Shown piece by piece: positions 1-12,495 of a stretch of 64,000 bases of DNA. Made by a program: the position numbers and the translations under genes. Source of the DNA: Hormiphora californensis (taxonomy: Eukaryota; Animalia; Ctenophora); contig CM035357.1 of assembly GCA_020137815.1 (NCBI GenBank), positions 3,472,001-3,536,000 of the forward strand. The letters run 5' to 3'. The stretch's first letter is position 1, and every line of letters starts with the position of its first letter. The notes under the pieces are model-generated. The model saw nothing but the letters and a program-made list of their open reading frames with translations, was not told the origin of the DNA and did not search any database.

Positions 1-3000
1 AGAAGTACCAGACCCTAGAGGAAAACACCCCAATTCTCCCTGGACCCGGGACATGCTCCCTGACCCCTGAAGCCATCAGGACCGCAGTGGCTGTCACCAT
101 GGGAGGGTTCCTATTTGGTTATGATATTGGGGTAATGAGTGGAGCTCTGGTCAAGTTGTCTGAGGACACAGCCGGGGACTCAGCCTGGGGTCTAGATGAT
201 AACCCTTTTAGGTAGGTAGCATGGGGTCTAGATGATAACCCTTTTAGGTAGATAGCATGGGGTCTAGATGATAACCCTTTTAGGTAGGTAGCATGTGGTC
301 TAGATGATAACCCTTTTAGGTAGGTAGCATGGGGTCTAGATGATAACCCTTTTAGGTAGGTAGCATGGGGTCTAGATGATAACCCTTTTAGGTAGGTAGC
401 ATGGGGTCTAGATGATAACCCTTTTAGGTAGGTAGCATGGGGTCTAGATGATAACCCTTTTAGGTAGCTGATGTAGTTGATTGTCTAAAACTAAACTAAT
501 GTCTCCTTTTTATTACGGACTAGCGCACCCATTGGGTGCGCCTCAAGTAAGGGCTTTTTGATAACCCACCCGGCTTCGCCGGGTGGTTCTTTTCACCCCT
601 TTCAACGTCAATAACACGGTTGCCATGGCAACTGAATTAGTAACTATGGGGACTGGCATGTTAAAAGTCATTCGAAAATATTAACCAACTTCCACTGGAA
701 GTTCCAAAAGTGTGAATGACAGCTTTACAGCTTTGGGCACATAAAGTGTTTTATGAAGGAGCACTGTCGCGTAGAAACGCACTGAACGAACGGCCACTTC
801 GACGACGTTCATCTCCAAATTCCATTGTTTTCCATACTCATTCGTCCGATTTACAGTCTCCTAACTAGCTATAAGTTGCAACTAACTACTAAGTTGCAAC
901 TCGACATTTTCAGACAGGAAGTTGTAGTGTCTGCCACGATTATATTCGCTGCCATTGGATCCCTGCTCAGTGCACCGCTGAACAGGTCGTTAGGACGGAA
1001 ACCAGTCTTGTTGGGAGGGGCCCTGTTGTTTTCACTGTGCGGGGGTGTTATGGGTACCAGTTGGAACTGGTGGGTGCTAACATGCGGGAGAGCAATGGCA
1101 GGAATTGCAATAGGTCTCCTGTCGATGACAGCCCCACTTCTCATATCTGAACAGGTACTTAGTAACCATGGCAACCATACAGGTAACCATGGTAACACAC
1201 TTCTCATATCTGAAGACTGAACAGGTACTTAGTAACCATGGTATATCTGAACAGGTACTTTAGATTAGTGTAACCATGGTGGTAACCATGGTAACCATGG
1301 TAACCACTAACCATGGTAACATCTATATCTCCCTCCCACTTATAGATGGCTACAGAGTGGCGTGGTCCTGTCAACGTTGCAAATCAACTGATGATCACTG
1401 TAGGCATCCTGGTAGCTAGCATTGTAGCGGGAGGATTCTCTACAACTCCAGATGGGTAATATGTGCGATAAAGGAAAAAAGGCAAGGTCTACTCAGACCA
1501 AATATTTAGGAATGAAGTCTAAGTTCGAAAGTCTCGTCAAACGGATATAGATGTGTGTATCATACTGTTTCATATGGTAACCATGGTAACTCAGGTAACC
1601 ACAAGCCATGGTAACCATGGTAACCCAACTCTCTCTATTCCCTAGTTGGAGGTACATGTTGGGTTTATCTAGTGTCCCTGCTATTCTCATGGTGATGCTC
1701 GTGTGGTCCATCTCGGAGAGTGTTAGGTGGCTGGCACACAGTGGCAAACTGGGGGAGGCCAAGGCAGTGCTTCGGAAACTCAGGGATGACGATGTGGAGC
1801 TGGAGTGGGAGATGATCTTGGATGATATTGGGAACTGTAGTCAGGACGCAGGTTCGTGATATTGGGAACTGTAGTCAGGACGCAGGTTCGTGATATTGGG
1901 AACTGTAGTCAGGACGCAGGTTTGTGATATTGGGAACTGTAGTCAGGACGCAGGTTCGTGATATTGGAAACTGTAGTCAGGACGCAGGTTCGTGATATTG
2001 GGAACTGTAGTCAGGACGCAGGTTCGTGATATTGGGAACTGTAGTCAGGACGCAGGTTTGTGATATTGGGAACTGTAGTCAGGACGCAGGTTCGTGATAT
2101 TGGGAACTGTAGTCAGGACGCAGGTTCGTGATATTGGGAACTGTAGTCAGGACGCAGGTTCGTGATATTGGGAACTGTAGTCAGGACGCAGGTTCGTGAT
2201 ATTGGGAACTGTAGTCAGGACGCAGGTTTGTGATATTGGAAACTGTAGTCAGGACGCAGGTTCGTGATATTGGGAACTGTAGTCAGGACGCAGGTTCGTG
2301 ATATTGGGAACTGTAGTCAGGACGCAGGTTCGTGATATTGGGAACTGTAGTCAGGACGCAGGTTCGTGATATAATATTGGGAACTGTAGTCAGGACGCAG
2401 GTTCGTGATATTGGGAACTGTATTCAGGACGCAGGTTCCTGATATATTGGGAACTGTAGTCAGGACGCAGGTTCGTAATATTGGGAACTGTAGTCAGGAC
2501 GCAGGTTCGTGATATTGGGAACTGTAGTCAGGACGCAGGTTCGTGTATGTCCAGGTCAATGGAATGTAACAATTTAGTTTCGATTTAATTTCGTGAATTT
2601 ACATCACGTGTGTGGCAAGAATCACAGCCCCGTGTATGTGGCTGATGACTGTGTGTTAATGCTATCAAAACGTCATAAGAGCTCCGATCAATTCTTTTTA
2701 CGGATTCGTATGAAGCCTTATCTGACATATGTGTGTAAAGCTCTCTTACTAACACTACAATATCATGTAATACTCCGTATCATGTAACCTCGGTTTACCG
2801 CACAAAAACCCTTTCCCCCGAGTTGCCTAGCTAGACTGTTTCGCGCGTTAGAACATAACAACCCCCGAGGAGTCCGGTAAATCAAGGTTTTACTACCCTC
2901 GTTTAAAACTAAAAACAATTTCAGGGTTTTTAGACACGGTATCACGGATGATGGCCACAAGGGGTGTCAGAAGGGCCCTCGTACTTGGTGTATGCTTACA

Positions 3001-3772
3001 GGTATAAAAACTGTGTAATTTGTGAAATCCGGGTAACCTTGTTGGGGAACGGTTCAATTAAATCCCCTTTTATAATTCCACGATATGATCACCCAAAATT
3101 GACTAACATTGAGTAAATACTCTGACCACTCCGAAATGCGTTTCAGATGTTCCAACAAATAACTGGCATCAACTCAGTAATCTACTACGCGGACTCCATC
3201 ATCCTCTCCGCCCACCAAACCACCACCAGCCAGGCCATCTGGTTCGGGGCCATCGTGGCCTTTGTAAACTGTTCCGTGACAGTGATCACTCTCCTCACCA
3301 ACTTGATTGAAAGAGTGGGACGGAGAATGTTGATATTAGCTAGTCTCCTGGTGATGATAATTGGCCTAGTCCATTCTAATTGTTAGTTTTTATTACGAAG
3401 AGGAATATGACAAAACACTGGCATTGGTTGACCGTGCTTGGTTTATCCGTCTATGTGGCTGGGTTTGCTCCGGGTATGGGGCCCCTCCCGTGGGCTATTA
3501 ACAGCGAGATTTTCCCGATGTGGTGTAGAAGTGTAGCTGCTTCCATTACTACAACGACGAACTGGATTTTCAATAGTTTTGTGTCTCTCACATTTCTTTC
3601 AATTGCTGCTGGCCTAGGGACATATCATGCGTTTTTTATTTATTTAGTGGCGTGTTTTGGAGCGTTTATGTATTTCTTTGTGTTCCTTCCGGAAACACGG
3701 GGAATTCCCTTGGAGAGAATACCGAATTTGTTTGACGAGAGGATGGTTTTTGGTACTTGTTGTGGTCAGTGA
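1..3772 (+). CDS. SLC2A13: MFS sugar porter, H+/myo-inositol cotransporter-like; 5' end lies just before the window; exons ~1-211, 914-1153, 1345-1455, 1647-1851, ~2934-3001, 3147-3772
   Basis: Manual splicing at GT/AG sites gives GGFLFGYDIGVMSGAL, SLGRKPVL, WRYMLGLSSVPA, QQITGINSVIYY, PGMGPLPWAINSEIFP and LPETRG, which are sugar-porter/HMIT motifs. An apparent frameshift near 3370-3425 is probably a consensus error. Confidence 0.85.
186..466 (+). repeat. 8 x 36-bp tandem repeat of exon-1 end plus 5' splice donor
   Basis: Unit tggggtctagatgataacccttttag|gtaggtagca; the first unit is the coding exon end (WGLDDNPFR). Confidence 0.95.
519..590 (-). mobile_element. Possible Helitron-like terminus (two GC hairpins next to CTAG)
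   Basis: Hairpins gcgcaccca-t-tgggtgcgc and cacccggc-ttc-gccgggtg adjacent to actag. Confidence 0.3.
1824..2545 (+). repeat. ~21 x 34-bp tandem repeat of exon-4 end plus donor
   Basis: Unit gatattgggaactgtagtcaggacgcag|gttcgt; the first unit encodes DIGNCSQDA. Confidence 0.95.
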
Positions 3773-3854
3773 TAAATTAAAACCGCTTTGTGTGTTATCT
3801 GTTTTTAGTGAATGATATTAAATCTGAATTAGTAAATAATAGTCAGTATCCGTC

Positions 3855-4211
3855 TCACAAATTACAAAGAGCAGTTCCAATCACAATACAAATGGTTCCG
3901 GCCCAACCTCTGGCACCAATACGTCCCTCCCCAACTAAAGACCCGACCAAAGTCGTAAAGAGAAGTGTCAGACTGTTTACAATTGGTACAGCGTGTCCGA
4001 GTTCCGTTGAGCCGAGTAACAAGTAAAATAAAACCGAGCCGAGTTGATTGCCGACTACCGAACACAAATACGCTGGTCTGGTGAGAAGAAATATGATTTT
4101 GGATTTGGTATCCGTACACTTTTCCAGTCCTGCGCTTGTCACTTTTATCAGAGGGTTGGTGGAGCCCCATACGAAGGCCACGAAAATCATTTTAAATACA
4201 TCACTGATCAT
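3855..4211 (-). CDS. TMEM234: Transmembrane protein 234 (small DMT/EamA-like), intronless
   Basis: VWGSTNPLIK, NQLGSVLFYLLL and AVPIVNSLTLLFT motifs. Confidence 0.88.
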   Translation of the reverse strand: MISDVFKMIFVAFVWGSTNPLIKVTSAGLEKCTDTKSKIIFLLTRPAYLCSVVGNQLGSVLFYLLLGSTELGHAVPIVNSLTLLFTTLVGSLVGEGRIGARGWAGTICIVIGTALCNL

Positions 4212-4241
4212 ATTGGTAACCTGATGTGGCTGAAAAGTATA

Positions 4242-4360
4242 AAGTCCATTTCAAGCGACTTGACCCGTAATTCTTGGAATTTGGCGCATTGCGCGTGTAT
4301 TTACAAAGGGGAAATCCTGAATTTCCAGGAATCTCAGGTCAAGTCGTTTGAAACGCACTT
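4242..4360. mobile_element. ~120-bp MITE with TA TSD, polymorphic
   Basis: Imperfect TIR aagtccatttcaagcgacttgacc / ggtcaagtcgtttgaaacgcactt; the second copy at ~23345 has the empty site gaaaagtaTAgttagatg. Confidence 0.85.
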
Positions 4361-4863
4361 TAGTTAGATGCTCAATTTGTTTCACGTTAGGTCTATGATA
4401 GGTAGACGCCAGTCAAAATGGCCAGAAACGACGGTCGTCGACGGAAAATCCAGAAAAAAACCGCACGCGCAAATCTAAAAAAGGGCCCAAATGTTTGAGT
4501 TTTAGACATTTTGATATATTTTCAACGCCGCGCACATAATTTTCGAGTTGCGCGGCTGCACGTTAGCAGCGCCAATTTTGAAAGATTGCGCCTCACAGAT
4601 CGAATCAGGCAAATCAACCTGAAACCGGGAATGTAAGCATTAAAAACCCAGTCTTATGAATTAATCGAGATACAAAATAACAAATAGCAAACCATGTGTG
4701 TCAAAATAAATCACATATCTCCCATTCTGGATCAATATCAAAATGAAACTCTCAGCAATGAAAAACAATCGATCGTCTAGCTCACTGTCTCTTATCAAAT
4801 ATCGATTAATTGTAGTCAACAACAACAGTTCAATGTCACATCATGAGGATCGTTTTCAGATGA

Positions 4864-7800
4864 TCAAGGTTCAGAACAGACGAACTCAAGGATCCTCTGC
4901 CGGAAGCGGGTTTGAGCGGCCACCTCACATTTACAGACCTTCCTTCCAAGCTGAAGAACGGATCCCAGGTGGTACTTCCTCTGTTCGCCTGGAGAAATAG
5001 AATGTTGGAAATACAGTAAATACAACCCTCCAACAACTTATCTTTAAGGGTATAAACTAATTAGTCAATTATTAAGTTAGTTAATTAACTAATTAAGTAC
5101 TCAATTATCTAATTAATCAGCTAGACGTACCTTCAAGGGGACATCCCTCAATATTCTTGTTCCTCACATTACACTCCCTATCAGTGCACGTCATGGTCCC
5201 ATCATTACACGTGCACAAATTACACTCCACCTGCTTCTGGGTGCCGTGGGGCAGCACTTGGGTATCCATCTGAGGGGGAGGGGGAGGGGAGATTAGAGGG
5301 GGCAACACTTGGGTGTCCATCTGAGGGGGAGGGGGAGGGGAGATTAGAGGGGGCAACACTTGGGTATCCATCTGAGGGGGAGGGGAGATTAGAGGGGGCA
5401 ACACTTGGGTATCCATCTGAGGGGGAGGGGAGATTAGAGGGGGCAACACTTGGGTATCCATCTGAGGGGGAGGGGGGGGGGGTTAGGAGAGCCGAGAGGG
5501 GGTCAGGGAGGGGCAGCACTTGGGTGTTCATCTGAGGGGGAGGGGGAGGGGAGATTAGAGGGGGCAACACTTGGGTATCCATCTGAGGGGGAGGGGAGAT
5601 TAGAGGGGGCAACACTTGGGTATCCATCTGAGGGGGAGGGGAGATTAGAGGGGGCAACACTTGGGTATCCATCTGAGGGGGAGGGGGAGGGGGTTAGGAG
5701 AGCCGAGAGGGGGTCAGGGAGGGGCAGCACTTGGGTGTTCATCTGAGGGGGAGGGGGAGGGGAGATTAGAGGGGGCAACACTTGGGTGTCCATCTGAGGG
5801 GGAGGGGAGATTAGAGGGGGCAGCACTTGGGTATCCATCTGAGGGGGAGGGGGAGGGGGTTAGGAGAGCCGAGAGGGGGTCAGGGAGGGGCAGCACTTGG
5901 GTGTCCATCTGAGGGGGAGGGGAGATTAGAGGGGGCAGCACTTGGGTATCCATCTGAGGGGGAGGGGGAGGGGGTTAGGAGAGCCGAGAGGGGGTCAGGG
6001 AGGGGCAGCACTTGGGTGTTCATCTGAGGGGGAGGGGGAGGGGAGATTAGAGGGGGCAACACTTGGGTATCCATCTGAGGGGGAGGGGAGATTAGAGGGG
6101 GCAACACTTGGGTGTCCATCTGAGGGGGAGGGGGAGGGGAGATTAGAGGGGGCAACACTTGGGTATCCATCTGAGGGGGAGGGGGAGGGGAGATTAGAGG
6201 GGGCAGCACTTGGGTATCCATCTGAGGGGGAGGGGAGATTAGAGGGGGCAACACTTGGGTATCCATCTGAGGGGGAGGGGAGATTAGAGGGGGCAACACT
6301 TGGGTGTCCATCTGAGGGGGAGGGGAGATTAGAGGGGCAGCACTTGGGTATCCATCTGAGGGGGAGGGGGAGGGGAGATTAGAGGGGGCAACACTTGGGT
6401 GTCCATCTGAGGGGGAGGGGGAGGGGAGATTAGATGGGGGCAACACTTGGGTGTCCATCTGAGGGGAGGGGGAGGGGAGATTAGAGGGGGCAACACTTGG
6501 GTGTCCATCTGAGGGGGGAGGAATTGGGGTTCAGGAATAGCGTTTGGAGACAGACGGTGACCCACGCCCTCACGGGGGAGGGCTAACGTTGACCAACTTG
6601 GGGGGGGGGGGGGACTTCCCAATTTACACATACCTGGAAGAAACACTCTCGTTTTGGTTCTACACACTGGTTCTTGGTGCACGTCACCTTGCCTGCTCGC
6701 AGACAGATACACATGTTACAGTCCACCTGGGGGAGAGAGTTGGTGTGTTGATGATAACGGTGAGATGTAGGAGAGACTGATTGAGTTGGTTGATAGTTGA
6801 GTTTCTCGATGGGTTTTCCATGACATGTTTCTCCTTAAGTCACAGTGAGATATGGCATGGGAAAAATTTGAGAAATATAAAGTGGTGATCCTGGCTTGGG
6901 CTAGCTTTTGAGGTAAACTAATAACATGAACTTACCGTGAATCGGTTAAAGAGTTCGTAACTTTTCCCGTCATACAGACAGCCGTTAGTTGGGACTCTCT
7001 CGGCACAGGTAGTTCCCTCACAGTTCACATCCCCTGTATCAGTACAGGTACATGTCTGAAATATGAGAAATATGAGAAACCATTGACATATTGATAACTA
7101 ACGATTAGTTTCCTCCAGTAGGAACATCTGTAAAGTAGGTAGAAACCCGAAACTAACTGCGGCACTCTGCCAAGCGTGCGCTAAAGGCCCGTTCTCACTC
7201 AGAACAGGTGTAAGAATCAAAAGGGTCGAGGCACCAGACAGGGATCACTCTAAGACTCGACAAGAATTGAGTCCCATTACAGTCGGACCCCGATTTACCG
7301 GGATGCTCGTGGAAAAGGGTTTTCCCGGTAAATCGGGGTCTGACAGTAACTGTATTTACCTGGCAGTCATTGCTAAACTGGAATCCAACAGGGATGGTTC
7401 TGCCGTTATAGTCACATCCACTAGTACACCCTGCCCGGTTACACTGAATACCACCCGTTCCTGTAGAGATATAACTGCTTTGTAATCACCCTCTTATATA
7501 TCTTTGTTTTGATGTTTGGCTCAATTTGATTTAGTTGCCATGAACAAGATGATCAATCACCGAGTGATACTTCTAGTAGATCACTGATAGTGAGGAACAT
7601 AAATGATATGAGACTAACCTAGACAAGTACAGGTCTGGCAGCCCATTTTAAATTCATCACCAGCATTGTAAATAGTTCCATCGTACCACTTGCACTGAAC
7701 TGAAGAGAAACGGGAACCGAGGTTTAGGATAGGACAATCAAAATTAGCTGAATCAATGGGTCGCTTGAACGGAGGGTCGAGAGGTAATTTCATTCAGGTG

Positions 7801-8733
7801 GTAGAACGCACTCTATAATAATAACAATAAATCTAAACCAACAGACAGCACCAAAAACAGTAAAAGCTCACAAAACAAGCGTTGTAATTGATCCCGCTCC
7901 GTCGATTGAGCTTGAGCTCTCTCGTTATTTGGTGCCGTCACACTGTAACAAGCTTTTTACAATATACATACCTGCAGGCTCAACCTCCTCCACTTCTTCG
8001 ATGACTTCATCAACCTCACATTTCTTGTTGCTGCACCGCACCCTCCCACTGGACATACACACGCACCGGTTACAATCCACTTTGAAGATGGAACCAAGGG
8101 CAACCGTTCCACGACCTTCAACCTCACACCCAGTAGTAGTGGTTTCTAGGGATATGATACATTATTGAGGTGATGAATTGCAGAACATCCAATTACAACT
8201 CAAATGTTAACCCATTGGTTACGAAATAACCCCTCCAAAGCGCTGACAAGGGAGGGGTAACCAAACCCCAACCCCTGAACCCCTGCAGCACTTACCACAT
8301 TTTCTGCTGGTGCAAAAGTGGTTACCGTCCTTCAAACAGGTGCAAATGTTACAGTCTTTCTTCCACTGTTGGAATTGCTGGTACACATTTCCAGCACCGT
8401 CAGTACACTGCTTAGCCGCTGTGGAGAGGGGGTGGGGGCTTTAGATAGGGAGAGGGAGAGAGGGTGTGTTAGAGGGAAGGAAGCTGGTTCCAAAGAAGGA
8501 GTGAATGGTAAATTTTTATAAGAGCATTGATTTGAATAATTATCATGACAAATGAATTAATTAGTTATCATCTGGTTATTATCATCTGCTAATTACTATC
8601 TGCTAATTATAATATGCTAATTACCGCAGATATCCGTGGTACATGTGACACGTGTTTTGGAGCAATAACACGTGTTACACTCATCAGGAAACCTCTCTCC
8701 ATCCTCATAGACATTTCCCTTGAAGTCACACAC
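4864..8733 (-). CDS. 3' exons of the C-type lectin/pacifastin-VWC/Ig gene (first copy, 5' part missing)
   Basis: Exons encode C-N-x-C-x-C...C-T-x3-C repeats (DCNMCICLRAGKVTCTKNQC; ECNLCTCNDGTMTCTDREC); the last exon ends FVCSEP* at 4864. Confidence 0.8.
5247..6520 (-). repeat. ~25-copy minisatellite (45/51/~64-70-bp variants) made of branch point, polypyrimidine tract, CAG acceptor and first ~22 nt of exon
   Basis: Minus-strand unit ctctaatctcccctccccctcag|atggatacccaagtgttgcccc; single copy in the second haplotype (~24145-24180). Confidence 0.93.
7280..7346. mobile_element. 67-bp hairpin mini-MITE, same TIR family as 8866-9695
   Basis: cagtcggaccccgatttaccggga...tcccggtaaatcggggtctgacag flanked by TA. 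Confidence 0.75.
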
Positions 8734-8865
8734 CTGGAGGTGGAATTAGTTAATCAATTAATTAGTTAATTAATTAATTAGTTAATTAATAGGTAGTCAT
8801 ACATACACACATGTATATGTGTGACTACCAATTAATTAACTAATTAACTAGTTAACTAATATATA

Positions 8866-9695
8866 CAGTCGGACCCCGATTTAACGGCACCCTCGGGGGA
8901 AAGGGTTTTGTCCGTTAAATCGGGGTTTCCGTTAAATCGGGGTAGAGCATATTTGGCCCATAAAACCCTATTTTTGTCCAAAATGCTATACTAAAACACC
9001 TCTAAGTGTTAAATGCAATGTCCATGTATTGATTACATGATCATTATTCATTTCTGATTAGAAAAAGAAAGTAATTTCAAAATAAGTTATAAAAATTTTC
9101 TAAGGTACTGTATATCAACCACGTCCGAATCGTTTATCGAATCAGTGCATTTTATCGCATGTCTTGCTGCTAATTAGACGAACCGATACGTGATACCATG
9201 CCGAATCGGGGCACTTTAAGCGGGGTGAGGAAGAATTCGAATTTCAAAATATATTTCTCTCTGAAAATTCATGGGGAGCATCGATCAAAGCATTGACGAT
9301 CATTCTGTAAAATTTTGCAAAAAAAGTTATGAAAATTTTTCAAAGGTATATCAACCACGTCCGAATCGTGTTTCGAATCAGTGCATCTTATCGCAAGTCC
9401 TGTCGCTAATTAGATGGTTCGAAACGAACCGATACGTGATCCCCATGAGGCCAGTTTAACAAGCGTCAAAATTGCGATTCGATGGGCCTCATGGGGATCA
9501 CATATCTGTTCGTTTCGAACCGTCTAATTACCGGCAAGACATGCAATAAGATGCACCGATTCAAAACACGATTCGGACGTGGTTTTTCAACAAAAAAAAA
9601 TTCAAAAAAAATTTCAAAAAATTTTGGGGGAAATTTATCCTGCCGTTAAATCGGGGTGCCGCTAAATCGGGGGCCGTTAAATCGGGGTCCGACTG
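8866..9695. mobile_element. Tc1/mariner-type MITE, TA TSD, polymorphic
   Basis: TIR cagtcggaccccgatttaacggc / gccgttaaatcggggtccgactg with subterminal taaatcgggg repeats; empty (TA)n site at ~27057-27069 in the second copy. Confidence 0.9.
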
Positions 9696-10102
9696 TATAT
9701 ATATATATATACAAATTAAAAACAACAGCAGTTTTTAAGGTCTATACACATGTTTCATGGTGCCCCACGAGGAGGCACCAATCATCAGTATATTAGGTCA
9801 TCCAGTATTGATTGTCGTTGGGCTTTTATCAAAAAAATGGTTTGAGATATAGCAAAATGGACTTCACCACTGTTTTTCTCACTCGATTTTGGATCGGAAT
9901 ACAATGCCTGATATTGGTATGTGGTTGTTCTCGGTTTCCAGCAGGGTATTCTCTCTACCCCACTCTTGTTGCCGCTGCAAATGAAAAATTGCAATTTTCG
10001 AGTTTAAGAACTAAAGCTGCTGTACATCTTAAAAATGGTACCAGAGTGATGTTTTGATGCATCAAGCTCGTTCATTGGACAATTATCTATCGTTTTAGAT
10101 GT

Positions 10103-12395
10103 AACCTCGACCAAAACGCGGAGTTTTTACGTCAGCCGACCCGAAACCGGATTAAATCTGGCCACCCGCTGGTCTCAGGGCCTCAGATTATGTCAAAATA
10201 TGTTTAAATTATCATTTGGGATCATTTAGACCTTTTAATTACATGTAATTACCCTTTAATTACATGTAATTACATTTTAATTACATGTAATTACTTCCAA
10301 TTACATTCCAATTACTTCAGCACCTCGAGAGCTTTCCAACGCACCCTAGAACACCTTTCTACTCCTTCTAATTGCCGAGTTCTGTATACCCCTTATTTTG
10401 ACTGTTTTTCGCGTCCTACCCCTTATAGGTTTGGGTATGGCCATCGCCACACCCCCTATACGTCGCGGGACCTCGAGACCTTTCCAACGAGCCATAGAAC
10501 ACCTCTCTACTACTTCAGGGGGCTTCAAAACTTTCACTCTAAAAATATCTATGGTTTATGGTTTACCTCGACCAAAACGCGGAGTTTTTACGTCAGCCGA
10601 CCCGAAACCGGATTAAATTTGGCCACCCGCTTGTCTCAGGGCCTCCAAAGATGTCAAAATATGTCTGAATTGTCATTTGAGGTCATTTGGACCTTTTAAT
10701 TACATGTAATTACCCTTTAATTACATGTAATTACATTTTAATTACATGTAATTACTTCCAATTACATTCCAATTACTTCAGCACCTCGAGAGCTTTCGAA
10801 CGCACCCTAGAACACCTTTCTACTCCTTCCAATTGCCGAGTTCTGTATACCCCTTATTTTGACTGTTTTTCGCGTCCTACCCCTTATAGGTTTGGGTATG
10901 GCCATCGCCACACCCCCTATACGTCGCGGGACCTCGAGACCTTTCCAACGAGCCATAGAACACCTCTCTACTACTTCAGGGGGCTTCAAAACTTTCACTC
11001 TAAAAATATCTATGGTTTTATGGTTTTATGGTTATGGTTATGGTTATGGTTATGGTTTTTTTTTCATCTGGTATTAAGGGCCTGTCGGCTCGGCCCCGTT
11101 GTTTTAGTTTTAGGGGGGATGTTTTAGTGGGGATGGGTTGAGTTTGGGTTATATTCGGGTCGGGGGGCCTTGCCAGGCCCCGAATGGTTTACTCGACCAA
11201 AACGCGGAGTTTTTACGTCAGCCGACCCGAAACCGGATTAAATTTGGCCACCTGTTGGTCTCAGGGCCTCAAAATATGTCAAAATATATTTAAATTATCA
11301 TTTGGGGTCATTTAGACCTTTTAATTACATGTAATTACCCTTTAATTACATCTAATTACATTTTAATTACATGTAATTACTTCCAATTACATTCCAATTA
11401 CTTCAGCACCTCGAGAGCTTTCTAACGCACCCTAGAACACATGTCTACTCCTTCTAATTGCCGAGATCTGCATACCCCTTATTTTGACTGTTTTTCGCGT
11501 CCTACCCCTTATGGGTTTGGGTACGGCCATCGCCGCACCCCCTATACGTCGCGGGACCTCGAGACCTTTCCAACGAGCCATAGAAAACCTCTCTACGACT
11601 TCAGGGGGCTTCAAAACTTTCACTCTAAAAATATCTATGGTTTATGGTTTATGGTTACCTCGACCAAAACGCGGAGTTTTTACGTCAGCCGACCCGAAAC
11701 CGGATTAAATTTGGCCACCCGCTGGTCTCAGGGCCTCCAAATATGTCAAAATATGTCTGAATTGTCATTTGGGGTCATTTAGACCTTTTAATTACATGTA
11801 ATTACCCTTTAATTACATGTAATTACCCTTTAATTACATGTAATTACCTCCAATTACATTCCAATTACTTTAGCACCTCGAGAGCTTTCGAACACAACCT
11901 AGAACACCTTTCTACTCCTTCCAATTGCCGAGTTCTGTATACCCCTTATTTTGACTATTTTTCGCGTCCTACCCCTTATAGGTTTGGGTATGGTCATCGC
12001 CGCACCCCCTATACGTCGCCATAGAACACCTCTCTACTACTTCAGGGGGCTTCAAAACTTTCACTCTAAAAATATCTATGGTTATGGTTTTATGGTTTAT
12101 GGTTATCTCGACCAAAACGCGGAGTTTTTACGTCAGCCGACCCGAAACCGGATTAAATTTGGCCACCAGCTGGTCTCAGAGTAATTTAGACCTTTTAATT
12201 ACCTGTAGTTACCCTTTAATTACATGTAATTACATTTTAATTACATGTAATTACTTCCAATTACATTCCAATTAATTCAGCACCTCGAGAGCTTTCGAAC
12301 GCACCCTAGAACACCTTTCTACTGCTTCTAATTGCCGAGTTCAGCATACCCCTTATTTTGACTGTTTTTCGCGTCCTAGCCCTTATAGGTTTGGG
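10103..12395. repeat. ~460-bp-unit satellite (about 5 copies) running into the gap
   Basis: ctcgaccaaaacgcggagtttttacgtcagccgacccgaaaccgg recurs at ~10107, 10568, 11193, 11659 and 12107; internal taattacatgtaatta palindromes and (tatggt)n spacers. Confidence 0.93.
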
Positions 12396-12495
12396 NNNNN
12401 NNNNNNNNNNNNNNNNNNNNNNNNNNNNNNNNNNNNNNNNNNNNNNNNNNNNNNNNNNNNNNNNNNNNNNNNNNNNNNNNNNNNNNNNNNNNNNN
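12396..12495. other. 100-N assembly gap
   Basis: Run of n. Confidence 1.

Noticed and set aside
1824-2545. Regular 34-36-bp repeats (also 186-466) resembling CRISPR arrays
   Set aside because: Head-to-tail with no unique spacers, eukaryotic intron context and no cas genes.
3365-3430. Frameshift in the last SLC2A13 exon suggesting pseudogenisation or recoding
   Set aside because: Two single-base removals restore a continuous TM segment, and copy 2 differs at the same spots; likely consensus error.
5220-6712. Pro/Gly-rich ORFs in several frames
   Set aside because: By-products of the minisatellite; only the frame continuous with the exon is potentially meaningful.
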